A stretch of DNA of 64,000 nucleotides from Malacoraja senta (GCA_038087875.1 JAXLNO010000057.1:1-64000), one strand, 5' to 3'; positions 24,254 through 39,000 are shown, counted from the stretch's first letter. Numbers and translations: made by a program. The notes: a model not told the origin generated them from the letters alone.

Positions 24254-26102
24254 TCACACGTCTCTACTTCCATCAGACTCCAACATCGTAATGTCTTCTT
24301 CTAGGTGCCGCAATAAGACCTGCCCACCAGTTTCCACATTACCCAAGGCTGTCATTAGTCTGGTGATGATACATTTAACAATAGCAATTCCCACTAACAA
24401 ACACATGATCACTGTTGCTGCATTTATGGCCATGCTGATGATCCAATTATATAATCCCCCAAAACCCCAGTTCCCCCATCCAACACCCTCCTTCATTCCA
24501 TCAAGCAGGGTAGTAATGTCCTCTTGATGTTTGGTGATATTACTAGTTCTATCCTGAACTCCCATCATACATTTTTCTTTTACAATAGCACACGTCCCTC
24601 CCTCACGGGCCAACAGATAATCTAAGGCATATATATCTATTCTGTAAAGAGAACAGACGCATTTCTGATAGTTGGGTTTTTATTGCCTCCAAGGCGCCAG
24701 TAGTGGCATTTCCCAAAATGGTTAGTCCACAAATCATATAGTTTCGATGTTTTGCTGCCAACCCTCCCCCTACACCTCTGAAAGTAAGCAAGCTTAGTAC
24801 TCCCCATCCCGCAGCATCCCACCTAGATGTTCCCATTGTAGTTGGGTTTCTCCAATTGGCACAGAATTCGGCGGATATTGCCCTGCGCAGAGTCCTTTGG
24901 TTTTGTCGGGACCAACTCTCTGGGCAGGGAACGGTGGTGGGGACAAGGGTCCCGATGGCTACGTTCTTTGGAAAAGGAGGTTTTAGCACATTGGTCCCTT
25001 TGCCATTGAAAAATAAGTAATACCCTTCCTCGGTGTATATGGACCCATGACAGTCCATGCGTGTATTAATCACCTCGCCACCCTTTGCCCAGTCCATCCA
25101 ATTGCTGGAAATCCAATTGGTGTATCTTGGGATGGGCAAGTGATAGAATCCTACAGTTAGATGGGTTCCATTGGCCCACCCACAAATCAGTTGAAACCCT
25201 GCAGAGACTGGGACGCATCTTTTGGGAATGGTGCATTGGATGCCCTTAGATGTGCTGTTGCAACTAGGTTGTCGTGGGGTTCGTACTATGCACGTAATGT
25301 TGGAAGGGACGTCAACAACTATGCACCCGTATCCCTGGTTAGTGAAGCATCATCCGTATTGTCTATTGTCGGTGTTAGGGGTAAAGTTACACGGCATTAG
25401 TGGTTCTACTCTGGTACCCGAAGAGTTTTGCCAGCCTGGGTATGAATGCTTATTGTCGCCAGGTAATGGCAAACAGTTAGCTGGTGGGGCTAAGAACTCG
25501 TCATAATAGACGGTGACACCTTTGACTGGAACTGGCATCTCATCTTGACACTTTACTAATCGTTAAATCCTTCCCCACTCAGGAGATACTGTAAATAGGC
25601 TAATAACAGATTTCATAGCGGGGTAACACACAACTTGCCCGTTACCAAATAATTCATTATGGGCCCGTATGTCTTTTTCTTCAAATTCTCCCTTTTCCCG
25701 TATTTGTTGTTCAGGTTCTGTCCTTCGGAGCCCCGGGTGGACCTGTAATGCTACTTGATAACATAGTCCATCATACAAGTGTTTATTTAGAGTTCGGTCC
25801 TCCCCGGGGTTCCTACTGCAAGATAAGTCAACCCTGCATATCCGGTACCCACATGGAAACTCCTAGAGTGACTGATCAATTAGGTAGAGGCTTCAGTTAG
25901 TCTGTTGCATTTTGCCATGGCAGTAGTTAATTTTAATTATGTTCCATCTTCCGAGGACTTCTGGGCCTCTACATTGTACAACATCTCCTTTGCAGAGGTG
26001 AAATATCCTATATGCGTGTCCTGGGACACATCGTCGAATCTCTCCTTTATTTCCCTCTGTCTGCAGAAGCATTAGGTTGCATGGCAGGATAAATCGCCTC
26101 AT
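24254..26102 (-). pseudogene. env: ERV env, disrupted by frameshifts and stops
   Basis: Splice acceptor TTTGCATTTTCCAG (AG at 26113-26114) before MRRFILPCNLMLL; RTLRR cleavage site; LQNRY[+4 nt]ALDYLLAREGGTCAIVKEKC; hydrophobic TM segment. Confidence 0.9.
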
Positions 26103-26276
26103 TTGAATATATCTGGAAAATGCAAAGGGTTACAAAAAGTTCATTTCTTACTTAATTGACTTAATCAACTATTCACTCAAGTTAACCATCCTTCAGTCAG
26201 TCAGTCCAGTAATCAGTCGCATATTTTTAACCATATAGCAAAATAAGGATTCAAAACTAAACTTATAATGCTACAA

Positions 26277-27855
26277 CTAAACGTATAATGATACAACTAA
26301 ACTTATAATGATACAACTCCCAAGCAAAGCAGCAATGTAAAAACTAAAAACTCTAAGTTGAAAATAAAATGACTCTTCTCCCCCCTTATGATTGGGCTCC
26401 CCAATCAGTTTGCAGTGGTGCAGATGAACCCATGCAGCACGACCCTCGACCTTGGCAGCGGTTGGAGTGGTGAGGAGGACCTGGAAGGGACCATCCCAAC
26501 ATGAGTCCAAGTGCTTACGCTTCCAGTTCCTGACCAGCACATAGCAACATGTCTGAATATTAGATGGAACTTTGAGCGCTGGCGCCTCACCATTTGCAGC
26601 CCTGACCTGTGAATGAGAACTTCGCAAAGCACGGGTTAAAGTTAATACATAGGATGTCATTTCCTCAGTCATCTGGTAGAAATGGACCGCTGCGGGGGCA
26701 TGGAAATGGACCGCCTGGTCATTCCATGGCATCCGTAAAGGTCGACCATATATTATTTCCGCAGGCGTCAGTCGTGCCGTACCAGAAGGAGTGGTCTGTA
26801 TCTGAAAAAGAGCTACAGGAAGCAGTTTAAACCATGTTAAGCCAGTCTGTGCCACTAATTTAGCTAATTTGGTTTTCAAAGTCTGATTTGCCCGTTCCAC
26901 CAATCCGGCGGCCTGAGGTCCATATGCACAATGGAGCTGTTGATGTATCTGTAATTGTTGGCACATTTCTTTGTTTACTGCAGCAATAAAATGAGGACCT
27001 TTATTGGAACTTAAACGCGCAGGAACACCGAATCGCGGTATGATTTCGCGTAACAATATTTTTACAATGGTAGACGCCTTATTGTCAGTGGTCAGGTATG
27101 CATCAATCCATTTACTGAAAACATCGACAATTACAAGAACATACTTATAACACTGACACCTTTTCAACTCAATGTAGTCCATTTGCAAGGTCTCAAATGG
27201 ACCTGCTGGTAAAGGGATCTTACCTGGTTCACAGGGCAAGCCTTTACCTGGATTATGCTGCTGGCAAATCAGACATCGCTGGCTGACACGCTGGGCCAAG
27301 TCCAGAAGTTTAGGATGCCACCAGGTGTCTAAAAGCATATCATTTCCGGCCTTGGCACCACAATGAGTTGCAAATTGTACACATTCAATAATCCATAACG
27401 CAAGTTCATCAGACATGCAAGTCTGGCCTGCAGGCGTAACCCATAAGCTAGTGACAGGATCAAACACACAGCCCTGGTCCTGCCACAGCTGTTTTACCTG
27501 TGCAGGAGCATCCTCCTGTATTTGAAGTACTTCCTGGATGGTTGGCATTCCTTTTTCCGGGGGAGACTGATTCTTACTGGAATTTTTAGTCTGCCTCATC
27601 ATTCGGGGCACAACAACCTGGTTAGTCCAAGAAGCTTTTTTTAGCGGCACCATCCGCAAGGCGATTGCCGATATCTATAGGGCTCTGGCCTGATGTGTGG
27701 GCACGAACTTTAATAACTGCAAGCTGACTGGGCAATTGGATTGCCTGTAAAAGGTTGGAAACTAACTTCTGGTGTGAAATAACTGTTCCTGATGAGGTCA
27801 GGAAGCCTCGATTTTTCCACAATTGCCCATAATCGTGAACGACTCCGAAAGCATA
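26277..27855 (-). pseudogene. pol: Class I (gamma/epsilon-like) ERV pol: RNase H C-terminus and integrase, frameshifted
   Basis: YAFGVVHDYGQLWKNRGFL...KVRAH...GNRLADGAAK; LQMDYIEL, IVDVFSKW, SSNKGPHF (catalytic D altered), VERANQTLK, WDGPFQVLLTTPTAAKV..WVHLHHCK. Confidence 0.93.
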
Positions 27856-28226
27856 CTGTAAATCAGTGTAAATATTTTACCTTATTACAGACACTAAGAT
27901 TATTGTCAGATAATTTAAAATCAGGAAATGTTAGACATTTATCCTCTTTGGTTCTACAGATCATAACAGCATTCTTACTAGCATTATATTTAATGTCATG
28001 TTCCACACCATACACAGAACATATAGTATGGAGCTGCTGGAGACCAACGCTAGATGGACTAAAGATCACAAGATCATCTGCATACATAATATGGTTCAGT
28101 AAAATATTACCAATCACGCACCCAGTGTTACAGGCCTTCAATTGTTTAGACAGATCATCAATATATAGATTAAAAAGGTCTGGGGACAAAATTCCCCCTT
28201 GTCTAACACCATTGGTATCCCCAAAT
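27856..28226 (-). mobile_element. Non-LTR RT fragment (RTE-X/L2-like); a CR1 endonuclease fragment adjoins at ~28226-28460
   Basis: GVRQGGILSPDLFNLYIDDL...HIMYADDLVIF; RGGGVALLVRNEI...ESVWIEL. Confidence 0.75.
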
Positions 28227-30693
28227 GGATAAGTCCCATTAGGGTCTTTTTACCCTTACACTTCCTTAGTTCTATCCATACTGACTCCACATCTCCTGTT
28301 TCAATGTCACCCCTTGCAAGGGACTGAATTTCATTCCTCACCAACAGAGCAACCCCACCCCCTCTGCCCACCTGTCTGTCTATTCTATAGGAGATATATC
28401 CTTGAATATTCAGTTCCCATCACCAGGCCTCTTGCAGCCATGTCTCTGTAATTCCTACAACAAGCCGTGCGCATGAGTATAGTTTTACATTTAGAGATGC
28501 AGAGTGGAAACAGGCCCTTCAGCGCACCAAGTCTGCGAAGGATATTTAAAATAAAAGGGCTGTTTAAAGTTCACCAGCTGAAACATTTTATAAAAATCGA
28601 ATTGGAAGGAAATGTGAAGAATCATAATGAAAACGTTCCCAAGAGCTGGCATCATTCCGGGGGAACACATGGTAATTATGATAACCAATTCGACAGAGAT
28701 ATTTGGGTCTCCAATTCATGGTTCAAAGATGCAAAAAGTTGGGTCTTCAAGTGAAGCTTTGACTAAGTCAAACCCTATTTTAAAAGAATTTTAAATTAAA
28801 AGGAGTCTGCAGATGCTGTAAACGAGTTCACGTGGAAGAATAAGCAACGGTTAAACAAGCCAATTTATTTCATTTGAAGTGAAAATGCAATTTGTCCAAT
28901 TTAAACAAGTTTGCCTGACCCATGGATATTTGCCCAGCCTCAAAGATTCACGTTTTCTCACCTCATCAATAAAAAAAGCATGATTAGTTCAAAACGGAAT
29001 AGATTATTCTACAGAGGCATCGTTTAAGACTCGGCTGAATCCAACATTCCTAAAGCACTACCATAATTAACTTGTTTAAGAAAGAACTGCACATGCTGGA
29101 AAAATCGAAGGTTGACAAAAATGCTGGAGAAACTCAGCGGATGAGGCAGTATGCATCTAGACGCCGCCTCACCTGCTGAGTTTCTCCAGCATTTTTGTCT
29201 ACCATAATTAACTCACTCCCTTCTCCCAGGAGATGGCTATATGGAACAAGCTGCCAGAGGAGGTAGTGGAGGCTGGTACAATGGCATTTAGAAGACATTT
29301 GGACAGGACTATTTGGACTAATTGTGTTTCTCTAATATACACGGAACTTTTTTTGCTGTTTAATAAGGGTTTTACAGTGCAATATGTTACACTACTGTTG
29401 TGCTGCTACGTAACCCACTCCATGACACACTGAGGAACACCTTCAGCAACAGACTGGTTCCACCAAGATGCAGCACAGAACGCCACAGGAGATCCTGCTC
29501 CCCTATGGCTATCAAACTGTACAACTCCACCCCCTTCTGTCATGGGGTAGACGGACTAACCCCCTCCCCCTCCCCAATCTTTGCACATCCGCAATCCTTT
29601 CCACTCATCACTTTAATTTCATGTTTCATGTTTAGTTTAGTTTAGTTTAGTTTAGAGATACAGCGCAGAAACAGGCCCTTCGGCCCACCGGGTCCGTGGC
29701 AACCAGCGATCCCCGCACATTAACACTAACCAGCGATCATCCCGTACACTAGCACTACTCCACACACTAGGGACATTTACAATGTTACCAAAGCCAATTA
29801 ACCTACAATCCTGTACGTCTTTGGTGTGTGGGAGAAAACCGAAGATCTCAGAGAAAACCCACGCAGGTCACGGGGAGAACGTACAAACTCCGTATAGACA
29901 GCACCCGTAATCGGGATCGAACCTGGGTCTCCGGCGTGCATTTGCTGTAAGGCAGCAACACTACCGCTGCGCCACCATGACCATCTTTATCTTGTATTGT
30001 ATGACTGTTGGCAGAACAATTTCCCTCCTTGGATAGATAAAGTTCTATCCTATCGTAAGTCAGCATTTAATAGTTCAGTTTGTGACATATGACAATAAAT
30101 CACTCTTGACAGGCACATGGATAGGATAGGTATGGAGAGATATGGAACAAATACAGGCAGGAGGAACTAGTGTAGATGGGGCATCTTGGTCAATGTGGGC
30201 AAGACAAAATGTGCAGGAACAGCAGATGCAGGTTTACACTGAAGATAGACACAAAATGCTGGAGTAACTCAGCAGGACAGGCAGATTACAACTCAGCGAT
30301 ATGAATATTGATTTCTCCAACTTCAAGTAACCCTTGCCTTCCCTCTCTCTCCACCCATCCCCAACCCTAGTTAGAAACATAGAAAATAGGTGCAGGAGTA
30401 GGCCATTCGGCCTTTCGAGCCTGCACCGCCATTCAATATGATCATGGCTGATCATCCAACTCAGTATCCCATCCCTGCCTTCTCTCCATACCCCCTGATC
30501 CCTTTAGCCACAAGGGCCACATCTAACTCCCTCTTAAATATAGCCAATGAACTGGCCTCAACTACCTTCTGTGGCAGAGAATTCCACAGATTCACCATTT
30601 TGTTCCATATCTCTCCAGAAGTGAGACATTTTCAATCTCTCACTTCTGAGGTCTGAGGTCCCCACCTGCTTCAAAAGGGCATCAATTATACCA

Positions 30694-31890
30694 GTGCCCA
30701 AGAAGAGTAAGGTGACGTGCCTCAATGACTATCGACCTGTGGCACTAACGCCTGTGGTGATGAAGTGCTTTGAGAGGTTGATCATGACGCAGATCAACTC
30801 CTACCTCGACAAAAACCTGGACCCACTGCAGTTCGCTTACCACCACAACAGATCAACGGTGGATGCGATCTCGCTGGCCCTCCACTCCGCTCTGGACCAC
30901 TTGGACAACAAAAACTCATATGTCAGGCTGTTATTCATCGATTACAGCTCGGCATTTAACACAATCATCCCCTCCAAGCTGGTTACCAAACTCGCAGAAC
31001 TGGGTCTCTGCGCATCCCTCTGCAATTGGATCTTCGACTTCCTCATTCACAGACCACAGTCTGTTCGTATTGGTGGAAATGTGTCAGACTCGATAACAAT
31101 CAGCACGGGAGCACCTCAAGGCTGCGTGCTCAGTCCCCTGCTGTACTCACTCTATACTCATGACTGCGTAGCCACACATAGTGCGAACTCCATCATCAAG
31201 TTCGCTGATGACACCACTGTTGTCGGACGTATCACTGATGGGGATGAGTCAGAGTATAGAAGAGAGATCGAGCAACTGTCCATATGGTGCCAGCACAACA
31301 ACCTGGCCCTCAACACCAGCAAAACCAAGGAACTGATTGTGGACTTTGGAAGGAGTAGGATGGGGACCCACAGTCCCGTTTATATCAACGGGTCGATGGT
31401 TGAAAGGGTCAAGAGCTTCAAATTCCTGGGCGTGCACATCTCTGAAGATCTTTCCTGGTCCGAGAACAATGATGCCATTATTAAGAAAGCACATCAGCGC
31501 CTCTACTTCCTGAGAAGATTACGGAGAGTCGGTTTGTCAAGGAGGACTCTCTCTAACTTCTACAGGTGCACAGTAGAGAGCACGCTGACCGGTTGCATCG
31601 TGGCTTGGTTCGGCAACTTGAGTGCCCTGGAGAGGAAAAGACTACAAAAAGTAGTAAACACTGCCCAGTCCATCATCGGCTCTGACCTCCCTTCCATCGA
31701 GGGGATCTACCACAGTCGCTGCCTCAAAAAGGCTGGCAGCATCATCAAGGACCCACACCATCCTGGCCACACACTCATCTCCCTACTACCTTCAGGTAGA
31801 AGGTACAGGAGCCTGAAGACTGCAACGACCAGGTTCAGGAACAGCTACTTCCCCACAGCCATCAGGCTATTAAACCTGGCTCGGACATAA
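30694..31890 (+). CDS. Rex1/Babar-like non-LTR reverse transcriptase, C-terminal 398 aa; 5'-truncated element ~30650-32075
   Basis: Open frame with [32 protein letters not shown]; (CTTGA)n tail at 32055-32075. Confidence 0.9.
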   Translation: MPKKSKVTCLNDYRPVALTPVVMKCFERLIMTQINSYLDKNLDPLQFAYHHNRSTVDAISLALHSALDHLDNKNSYVRLLFIDYSSAFNTIIPSKLVTKLAELGLCASLCNWIFDFLIHRPQSVRIGGNVSDSITISTGAPQGCVLSPLLYSLYTHDCVATHSANSIIKFADDTTVVGRITDGDESEYRREIEQLSIWCQHNNLALNTSKTKELIVDFGRSRMGTHSPVYINGSMVERVKSFKFLGVHISEDLSWSENNDAIIKKAHQRLYFLRRLRRVGLSRRTLSNFYRCTVESTLTGCIVAWFGNLSALERKRLQKVVNTAQSIIGSDLPSIEGIYHSRCLKKAGSIIKDPHHPGHTLISLLPSGRRYRSLKTATTRFRNSYFPTAIRLLNLART

Positions 31891-32075
31891 CACTGAACTT
31901 TACTAGCCAATACTGTTATTTGCACTTTATCAGTATATTGACCATTGTGTATATATTTATAGAATGCCTTGTAGTAAATGCCTACTATGTTCTGTTGTGC
32001 TCAAGCAAAGCTAGAATTTCATTGTCCTACCAGGGACACATGACAATAAACTCACTTGACTTGACTTGACTTGAC

Positions 32076-32600
32076 TCTCTGTGTAAAAAATGATTTTCTC
32101 ATCTCGGTCCTAAAAAACTTCCCTCTTATCCTTAAACTGTGACCCCCTAGTTCTGTACTTCACCAATATCGGGAATAATCTTCCTGCATCTAGCCTGTCC
32201 AACCCCTTAAGAATTTTGTAAGTTTCTATAAGATCCCACCTTAATCTTCTGAATGCTAGCGTGTATAAGCCGAGTCTATCCAGTCTTTCTTCACATGAAA
32301 GTCCTGCCATCCCAGGAATCAGTCTGCTGAACCTTCTCTGTACACCCTCTATGGCAAGAATGTCTTTCCTCAGAGTAGGAGACCAAAACTGTATGCAATA
32401 CTCCAGGTGTGGTCTCACCAAGACCCTTTACAACTGCAATAGAACCTCCCAGCTCTTATACTCAAATCATTTTGCTATGAATGCTAACATACCATTTGCT
32501 TTCTTCACTGCCTGCTGCACCTGCATTCCTACTTTCAATGACTGGTGTGCCATGACACCCAGGTCTCGTTGCATCTCCCCTTTTCCTAATCGGCCACCAT
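32076..32600 (-). mobile_element. CR1 fragment continuing the piece at ~30375-30598
   Basis: VRPHLEYCIQFWSP...EGVQRRFSRLIPG. Confidence 0.85.
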
Positions 32601-32621
32601 TCTCCAACTAGCTTCATTGTC

Positions 32622-32845
32622 CTGTGAAACGTCACCTATCCATGTTCTACGCAGATGCTGCCTGACCCGCTGAGTTACTCCAGCAATCTGTGAAACGTCA
32701 TCTATCCATGTTCTTCACAGATGCTGCCTGACACGCTGAGTTACTCCAGTACTCTGTGAAACGTCACCTACCCATGTTCTCCACAGATGCTGCCTGACCC
32801 GCTGAGTTACTCCAGCACTCCGTGAAATGTCATCTATCCATGTTA
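32622..32845. repeat. 66-bp tandem repeat, ~3.4 copies, Penelope-like-derived
   Basis: CTGTGAAACGTCACCTATCCATGTTCTCCACAGATGCTGCCTGACCCGCTGAGTTACTCCAGCACT units. Confidence 0.9.
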
Positions 32846-34495
32846 TAACCATATAACCATATAACAATTACAGCACGGAAACACGCCATCTCAGCCCTTC
32901 TAGTCCGTGCCGAACACTTATTTTCCCCTAGTCCCATCTACCTGCACTCAGGCCATAACCCTCCATTCCTTTCCCATCCATATACCTATCCAATTTATTT
33001 TTAAGTGATAAAATCGAACCTGCCTCCACCACTTCCACTGGAAGCTCATTCCGCACAGCTACCACTCTCTGAGTAAAGGAGTTCCCCCTCTTGTTACCCC
33101 TAAACTTCTGTTCCTTAATTCTCAAGTCATGTCCTCTTGTTTGAATCTTCCCTACTCTCAATGGGAAAAGCTTATCCACGTCAACTCTGTCTATCCCTAT
33201 CATCATTTAAAGACCTCTATCAAGTCCCCCTTAACGTTCTGCGTTCCAAAGAATAAAGACCTAACTTGTTCGACCTTTCTCTGTAACTTAGTTGTTGAAA
33301 CTCAGGCAACATTCTAGTAAACCTCCTCTGTACTCCCTCTATTTTGTTGACATCCTCCCTATAATTAGCCGACCAAAATTGTACACCATAGTCCAGAATT
33401 GGCCTCACCAATGCCTTGTACAATTTTAACATTACATTCCAGCTTCTATACTCAATGCTCTGATTTATGAAGGCCAGCACACCAAAAGCTTTCTTTACCA
33501 CCCTATTTACATGAGATTCCACCTTCAGGGAACTATGCACAGTTATTCCTAGATCCCTCTGTTCAACTGCATTGCTCAATTCGCTACCATTTACCATGTA
33601 CGTCCTATTTTGATTTGTCCTGCCAAGATGTAGCACCTCACACTTATCTGCATTAGACTCCATCTGCTATCTTTCAGCCGACTCTTCCAAATGGCCTGAA
33701 TATCTCTGTAGACTTTGAAAATCTACTTCATTATCCACAACACCACCTATCTTAGTATCATCTGCATACTTACTAATCCAATTTACCACACCACCATCCA
33801 GATCATTAATGTACATGACAAACAAAAGTGGACCCAACACAGATCCCTGAGGCACCCCACTAGTCACCGGCCTCCAACCTGACAAACAGCCATCCACCAT
33901 TACTCTCTGGCATCTCCCATTCAGCCACTGTTGAATCCATCTTGCTACTCCACCATTAATACCCAACAATTGAACTTTCTTAACCAACCCTCCATGAGGA
34001 ACCTTGTCAAAGGCCTTACTGAAGTCCATATAGACAACATCCACTGTTTTACTCTCATCAATTTCCCCAGTAACCTTTTCAAAAAATTCAAGATTTGTCA
34101 AACATGACCTTCCAGGCACAAATCCTTGTTGACTGTTCCTAATCAGATCCTGTTGATCCAGATGCTTATATATATTATCTCTAAGTATCCTTTCCATTAA
34201 TTTGCCCACCACTGACGTCAAACTAACAGGTCTATAATTGCTAGGTTTACTCTTAGAACCCTTTTAATACAATGGAACAACATGCGCAGTACGCCAATCC
34301 TCCGGCACTATTCCCGTTTCTAATGGCATTTGAAATATTTCTGTCATAGCCCCTGCTATTTCTACACTAACTTCCCTCAAGACTTATCCATTTTTATATA
34401 TTTTTTAGTGTCAGTACTTCCTCTTCTTTTAATCTCATAGTTTCCATAGCTTTTCTACTTGTTTCCCTTACCTCACATAATTCAATATCCTTCTC
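32845..34495 (-). mobile_element. CR1 LINE ORF2 (RT and 3' end)
   Basis: VYMDFSKAFDKVPH, GVPQGSVLGP, KYADDTK; (TTATATGG)n tail. Confidence 0.9.
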
Positions 34496-35544
34496 CAGAG
34501 ATGTTCTCCAGAGATGCTCCCTAACGTTTGTCGTTTCAGGTCAGGACCCTTCCGGTTTGAGTGGGCCAGTGGAGTAGAGAAGCCAACAGTGGATATAAAA
34601 AGGTCCTGAGAGGGTAGAAGGGTGGGTAGGGGGAGAGACGGAGGGGGGGGTGGTGATGTTGAAGATTGGAGACAGGATTGTCACTGGATGGATAGGATTC
34701 TCTCCCATGAAGAAAAGCTCAGAGGTGGCAGTAGAGCCCTACGTCCCTATGTTCCCAATGTAGGGGGAGTCCAGAACCAGGGGTCACAGTTTAAGAATAA
34801 GACCCGCTGAGTCACTCCACCTTTTATCTTGGTCTATTAACAGATTCAGATCTACATTAGATCTCCTTTTGTAAGCCTGCTTGGCGCTGTCCTTTTTCAC
34901 CAGCATTCTCGATACTCCTTTCTTTGGTTATTAATCCACACAGAGAAGGTTAGAGTTTCGATCTCTAGTAGCTACCAGCTCTTTCAATGTCTGGCAGAAT
35001 GGGGTTGGTGAACCCACTTCAAGTTGACAGATGGAATGGAGCCCGTCTCTCATGGTTACGGATGTAGTTCACTGTGAGGTCACCGGCCAGGCACATTATG
35101 GGGTCACCTCTGATTATGATGGTTTACAAACTTGCGATCTTACGAATGGAAGGCCGGCCCTGAAGGGAATAAACCACTTCCCCATATGACCACAGGTCAC
35201 AGTGGTTATAACCAACTGGACTCAAGTGTTAGATACAAGGAACTCAGTTCAGTTGAGTTTATTGTCACGTGTACAGAGAAAAGCTTTTTGTTGCGTGTTA
35301 AAAACAGTCAGCAGAAAGACAATGCATGATTACAATTGAGCTATTTACAATGTATAGATACATGGTAAGGGAATAACGTTTAATGCAAGATAAAGGCAGC
35401 AAGGATAGTCCGAGGGTCACCAATGAGTTAGATAGTAGTTCAGCACTCATCTCTGGTTCTGGTAGGATGATTCAGTTGCCTGATAACAGCTGGGAAGAAA
35501 CTGTCCCTGAATCTGGAGGTGTGCGTTTTCACACTTCTGTATCT

Positions 35545-36060
35545 TTCCTAATTTGAGGAAGGACATTCTTACTATTGAGGGAGTGCAGCGTAAATTCACC
35601 AGGTTAATACCCGGGATGGCGCGACTTACGTATGATGAAAGAATGGGTCGACTGGGCTTGAATTCGCTGGAAATGAGAAGGATGAGAGGGCATCTTAGAG
35701 AAACATATAAAATTCTTAAAGGAGTGAAGGCTAGATGCAGGAACAATATTCCCGATGTTCAGAACCAGGGGTCACAGTTTAAGAATAACGGGTTAGACCA
35801 TTTAGGACTCAGAAGAGGGAAAACTTTTTCACGCAGAAAATCTGTGGAATTCTCTGCCACAGAAGGCAGTGGAGGCGAATTCACTGGATGTTTTCAAGAG
35901 AGTGTTGGATGTGGCTCTTCGGGCTAACAGAATCAAGGGATATGGGGAGATAGCAGGAATGGGGTATTGATTTTGGATGATCAGCCGAGATCATATTGAA
36001 AGGCGGTGCTGGCTCGAAGGACCAAATGGCCTAATCCTGCACCTATTTTCTATGTTTCTA
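35545..36060 (+). mobile_element. CR1 3' fragment
   Basis: LRKDILTIEGVQRKFTRLIPG; TTTCTATGTTTCTA tail. Confidence 0.85.
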
Positions 36061-39000
36061 CGTCATGGTGAGTCCAGCACTCGTTGATGTCTGGTCCTGA
36101 AGAAGGGTCTCTCTGAGTTACTCCAGCACTCTGTTCCTTCATGGTCTGTCTGGGGTGTCTTGCTTATATGAAAGAGCTACATTGCCAATGCACATAAGCT
36201 CCAACTTTGCTGTCAACATGAAACTGTTGACAGTTCAAGAAATGAAATACGTTGATGAAACCCGAGTGATGGACAAGATAATGCTTCACAGGAGAAAGTT
36301 AAATCTGCATTGAATTAAACCCCACTTGTAGAAACTACACTAAAGGAAAATGTTTCCAAAAGTTATGAGCTTGATTCTATTACTCCAGAAGTGAAGGGCA
36401 GGTGCGGGAGGGTCTTAGGCAATTACAACCCTTCATTTGATCAACACAGGGGATAAGGGGTTGTCTTAATCTACTTAGATCTGTCAAGAAATAAAATGCA
36501 AACAATATTAAATCTCAAGTGTTTTCGTTTTGAGATACAGTGTGGCAACGGGCCCTTTGGCCCACCGAGTCCACACAGACCAGTATTAACCTGTACACCC
36601 GCACTAACCTACACACTGGGGACATTTTACCAATTAACCTACAAACTTGCATGTCTTTGGTGTGTGGGAGGAAACCGGAGCACCCGTAGATAACCCACGT
36701 GGGTCACGGGGAGAACGTACAAACTCTGTACAGACAGCACCCGGGTCTCCGGCGCTGTGAGGCAGCAACTCTAATGCTGAGCCACACTACCTTGTTGGGG
36801 AAAAATACTTAAAAAGCAGCAGAATATTTTTGACATTTACCAAATGAGAGTTGTCCATAGTCAAAGTGTGTAGTTTGTTCCTGGCACAAAAATACTTCTG
36901 CTTTATCAGTTTGACACTTAACTCTATAAACCTAGACTCCACTGTTGGAATGCAATTCAATATTTGACAAATCTGAACACCTTAACAGACAGATATAAAG
37001 CACACAGAGGGATTACTGGAGTGCATTTTCCCTTTGTAGTCCCTGAGAAATCAGTGGCAGTGGCAGAGGGTTGTTCTGATGTTCTAAGCCATGCCAATCC
37101 AGATATGATTGAATGACGGAGAGGACTTGATGTACCAAATGGAGAAGGAACATCTCATTGGGTTTTGAAGTTTGCAGAGGGCTGACATACAACTGCCTTA
37201 GCATCAAGTGAATTGATCAGCATGGTGGCGCAGCGATAGACTAAGAGTTGCTGCCTTACAGTGCCAGAGACGCGGGTTCGATCCTGACTACGCGTGCTTG
37301 TAGTTTGTACGTTCTCCCTGTGACACGCGTGGGTTTCCTTCGGGTGCTCTGGTTTCCTCCCACATTCTAGAGATGTGCCGGTGTGTAGGTTAATTGACAT
37401 CTGTAATTTGCCCCTAGTGTGAGGAATATAGGACTAGTGTACGGGTGATCGTTCGTTGGCGTGGACTCGGTGGGAGGAAGGGCCTGTTTTCACACCATCT
37501 CTCTAAAACAAACTATTGGCGTTACCTCGTTGGTCTCAGTTTAACATTGCTTGTGAAAGTCAGCAAAGTGCAAGATTATTCCTATAGCCCGCAGACCAGT
37601 GAGCCCATGTGCTCATATCTTTAACCAGACAGTCAGAACCTTTTTTAGTTTAGCTTAGAGATACAGCACAGAATCAGGCCCTTCAGCCCACCGAGTCCAC
37701 GTCAACCAGCAATACCCACGCATTAAACTACCCTGCACACACTAGGGACAATTTACATTTATACCAAATTAACCTGCAAACCTGCATGTCTTTGGATTGT
37801 GGGGGGAAACTGAAGATCTCGGAAAAAAACCTACGCGGGTCATGGTGAAAACATACAAATCTGTACTGACAGCACCTGTAGTCAGGATCGCACCCGATCT
37901 CTGGCACTGCAAGCAGTGTAAGCCAGGAACTCTACTGCTGCACCACCGTGCCCGCCCCTTTTTCCCAGGACAGAGATAGAATACTAGAGGGCATAGCTTT
38001 AACGAGAGTGGAGCAAAGTTTAAAGATGTGTGGAGCAAGTTATAAGAGGTTAGAGTGCACCTTGACTGTGTTGCCAGGGGTGGTGGAGGCAGATACAGTG
38101 GCATTTAACAGGTTTTTGGAAAGGCAGGGAATGGAGGGATAATGATAATGTGCAGACAGATAAGAGTAGGCAGTGGTGTCACGTTTAGCACAGGCATTGT
38201 GGGCCGAAGGGCCTGTTCCTGTGTTGTACTGTTCTATGTTCTATACCTCAGGTTATCAATCTTTAACTTTAACAAAGGGTTTAGTGGGGAAGGGAATGAG
38301 ATGAGTTAAGACAAGCTGACATAAACTTTAGGGATATAGCTCAGAAACAGGCCCTTCGGCCCACCGAGACCGCACCGACCAGCGATCACCCCGTACGCTA
38401 GCACTACCCTACGCACTAGGGACAATTTACTAATTTTCCAAAGCCAATTAACCTAGAAAACCTGCAGGTCTGTGGAGTGTGGGAGGAAACCGGAGCACCC
38501 GGAGAAAACCCACGCTGTCACAGGGAGAAGGTACAGGTAGCATCCCCAGTCAGGATTGACCCCGGGTCTCTGGCGCTGTAAGGCAGCAACTCCACCGCTG
38601 CGGCACTGTGCCGCCCAAATAGTTGCACATCAGATTAGACACGTTAGGAAGAAGAACGTGTACAACATTGTAGATTCAATTGCGGAGTTCGATTACTTCA
38701 GGCATATATAAATGCTAGATGCAGCTGTTCTTGTAACAGATTGGTAAAAGGAACCCTAAGAAGGAAAAATATTCATTCACTCCTCCTGCCACCATTAACC
38801 TTGGCAAGTAGGATAGGAGGCACTGGTCAGTGGGGCCGAATGGCCCGATTTGCACAAACTAAATGGAGCAGTCTACTGGGGTCACCAAATCCACAAAGTG
38901 TCTCGATCCGAAAACTCATTCATTCCTTCTCTCCAGAGATGCTGCCTGTCCCGCTGAGTTACTCCAGAACTTTGTGTCTATCTCTGGTGTAAACCAGCAT

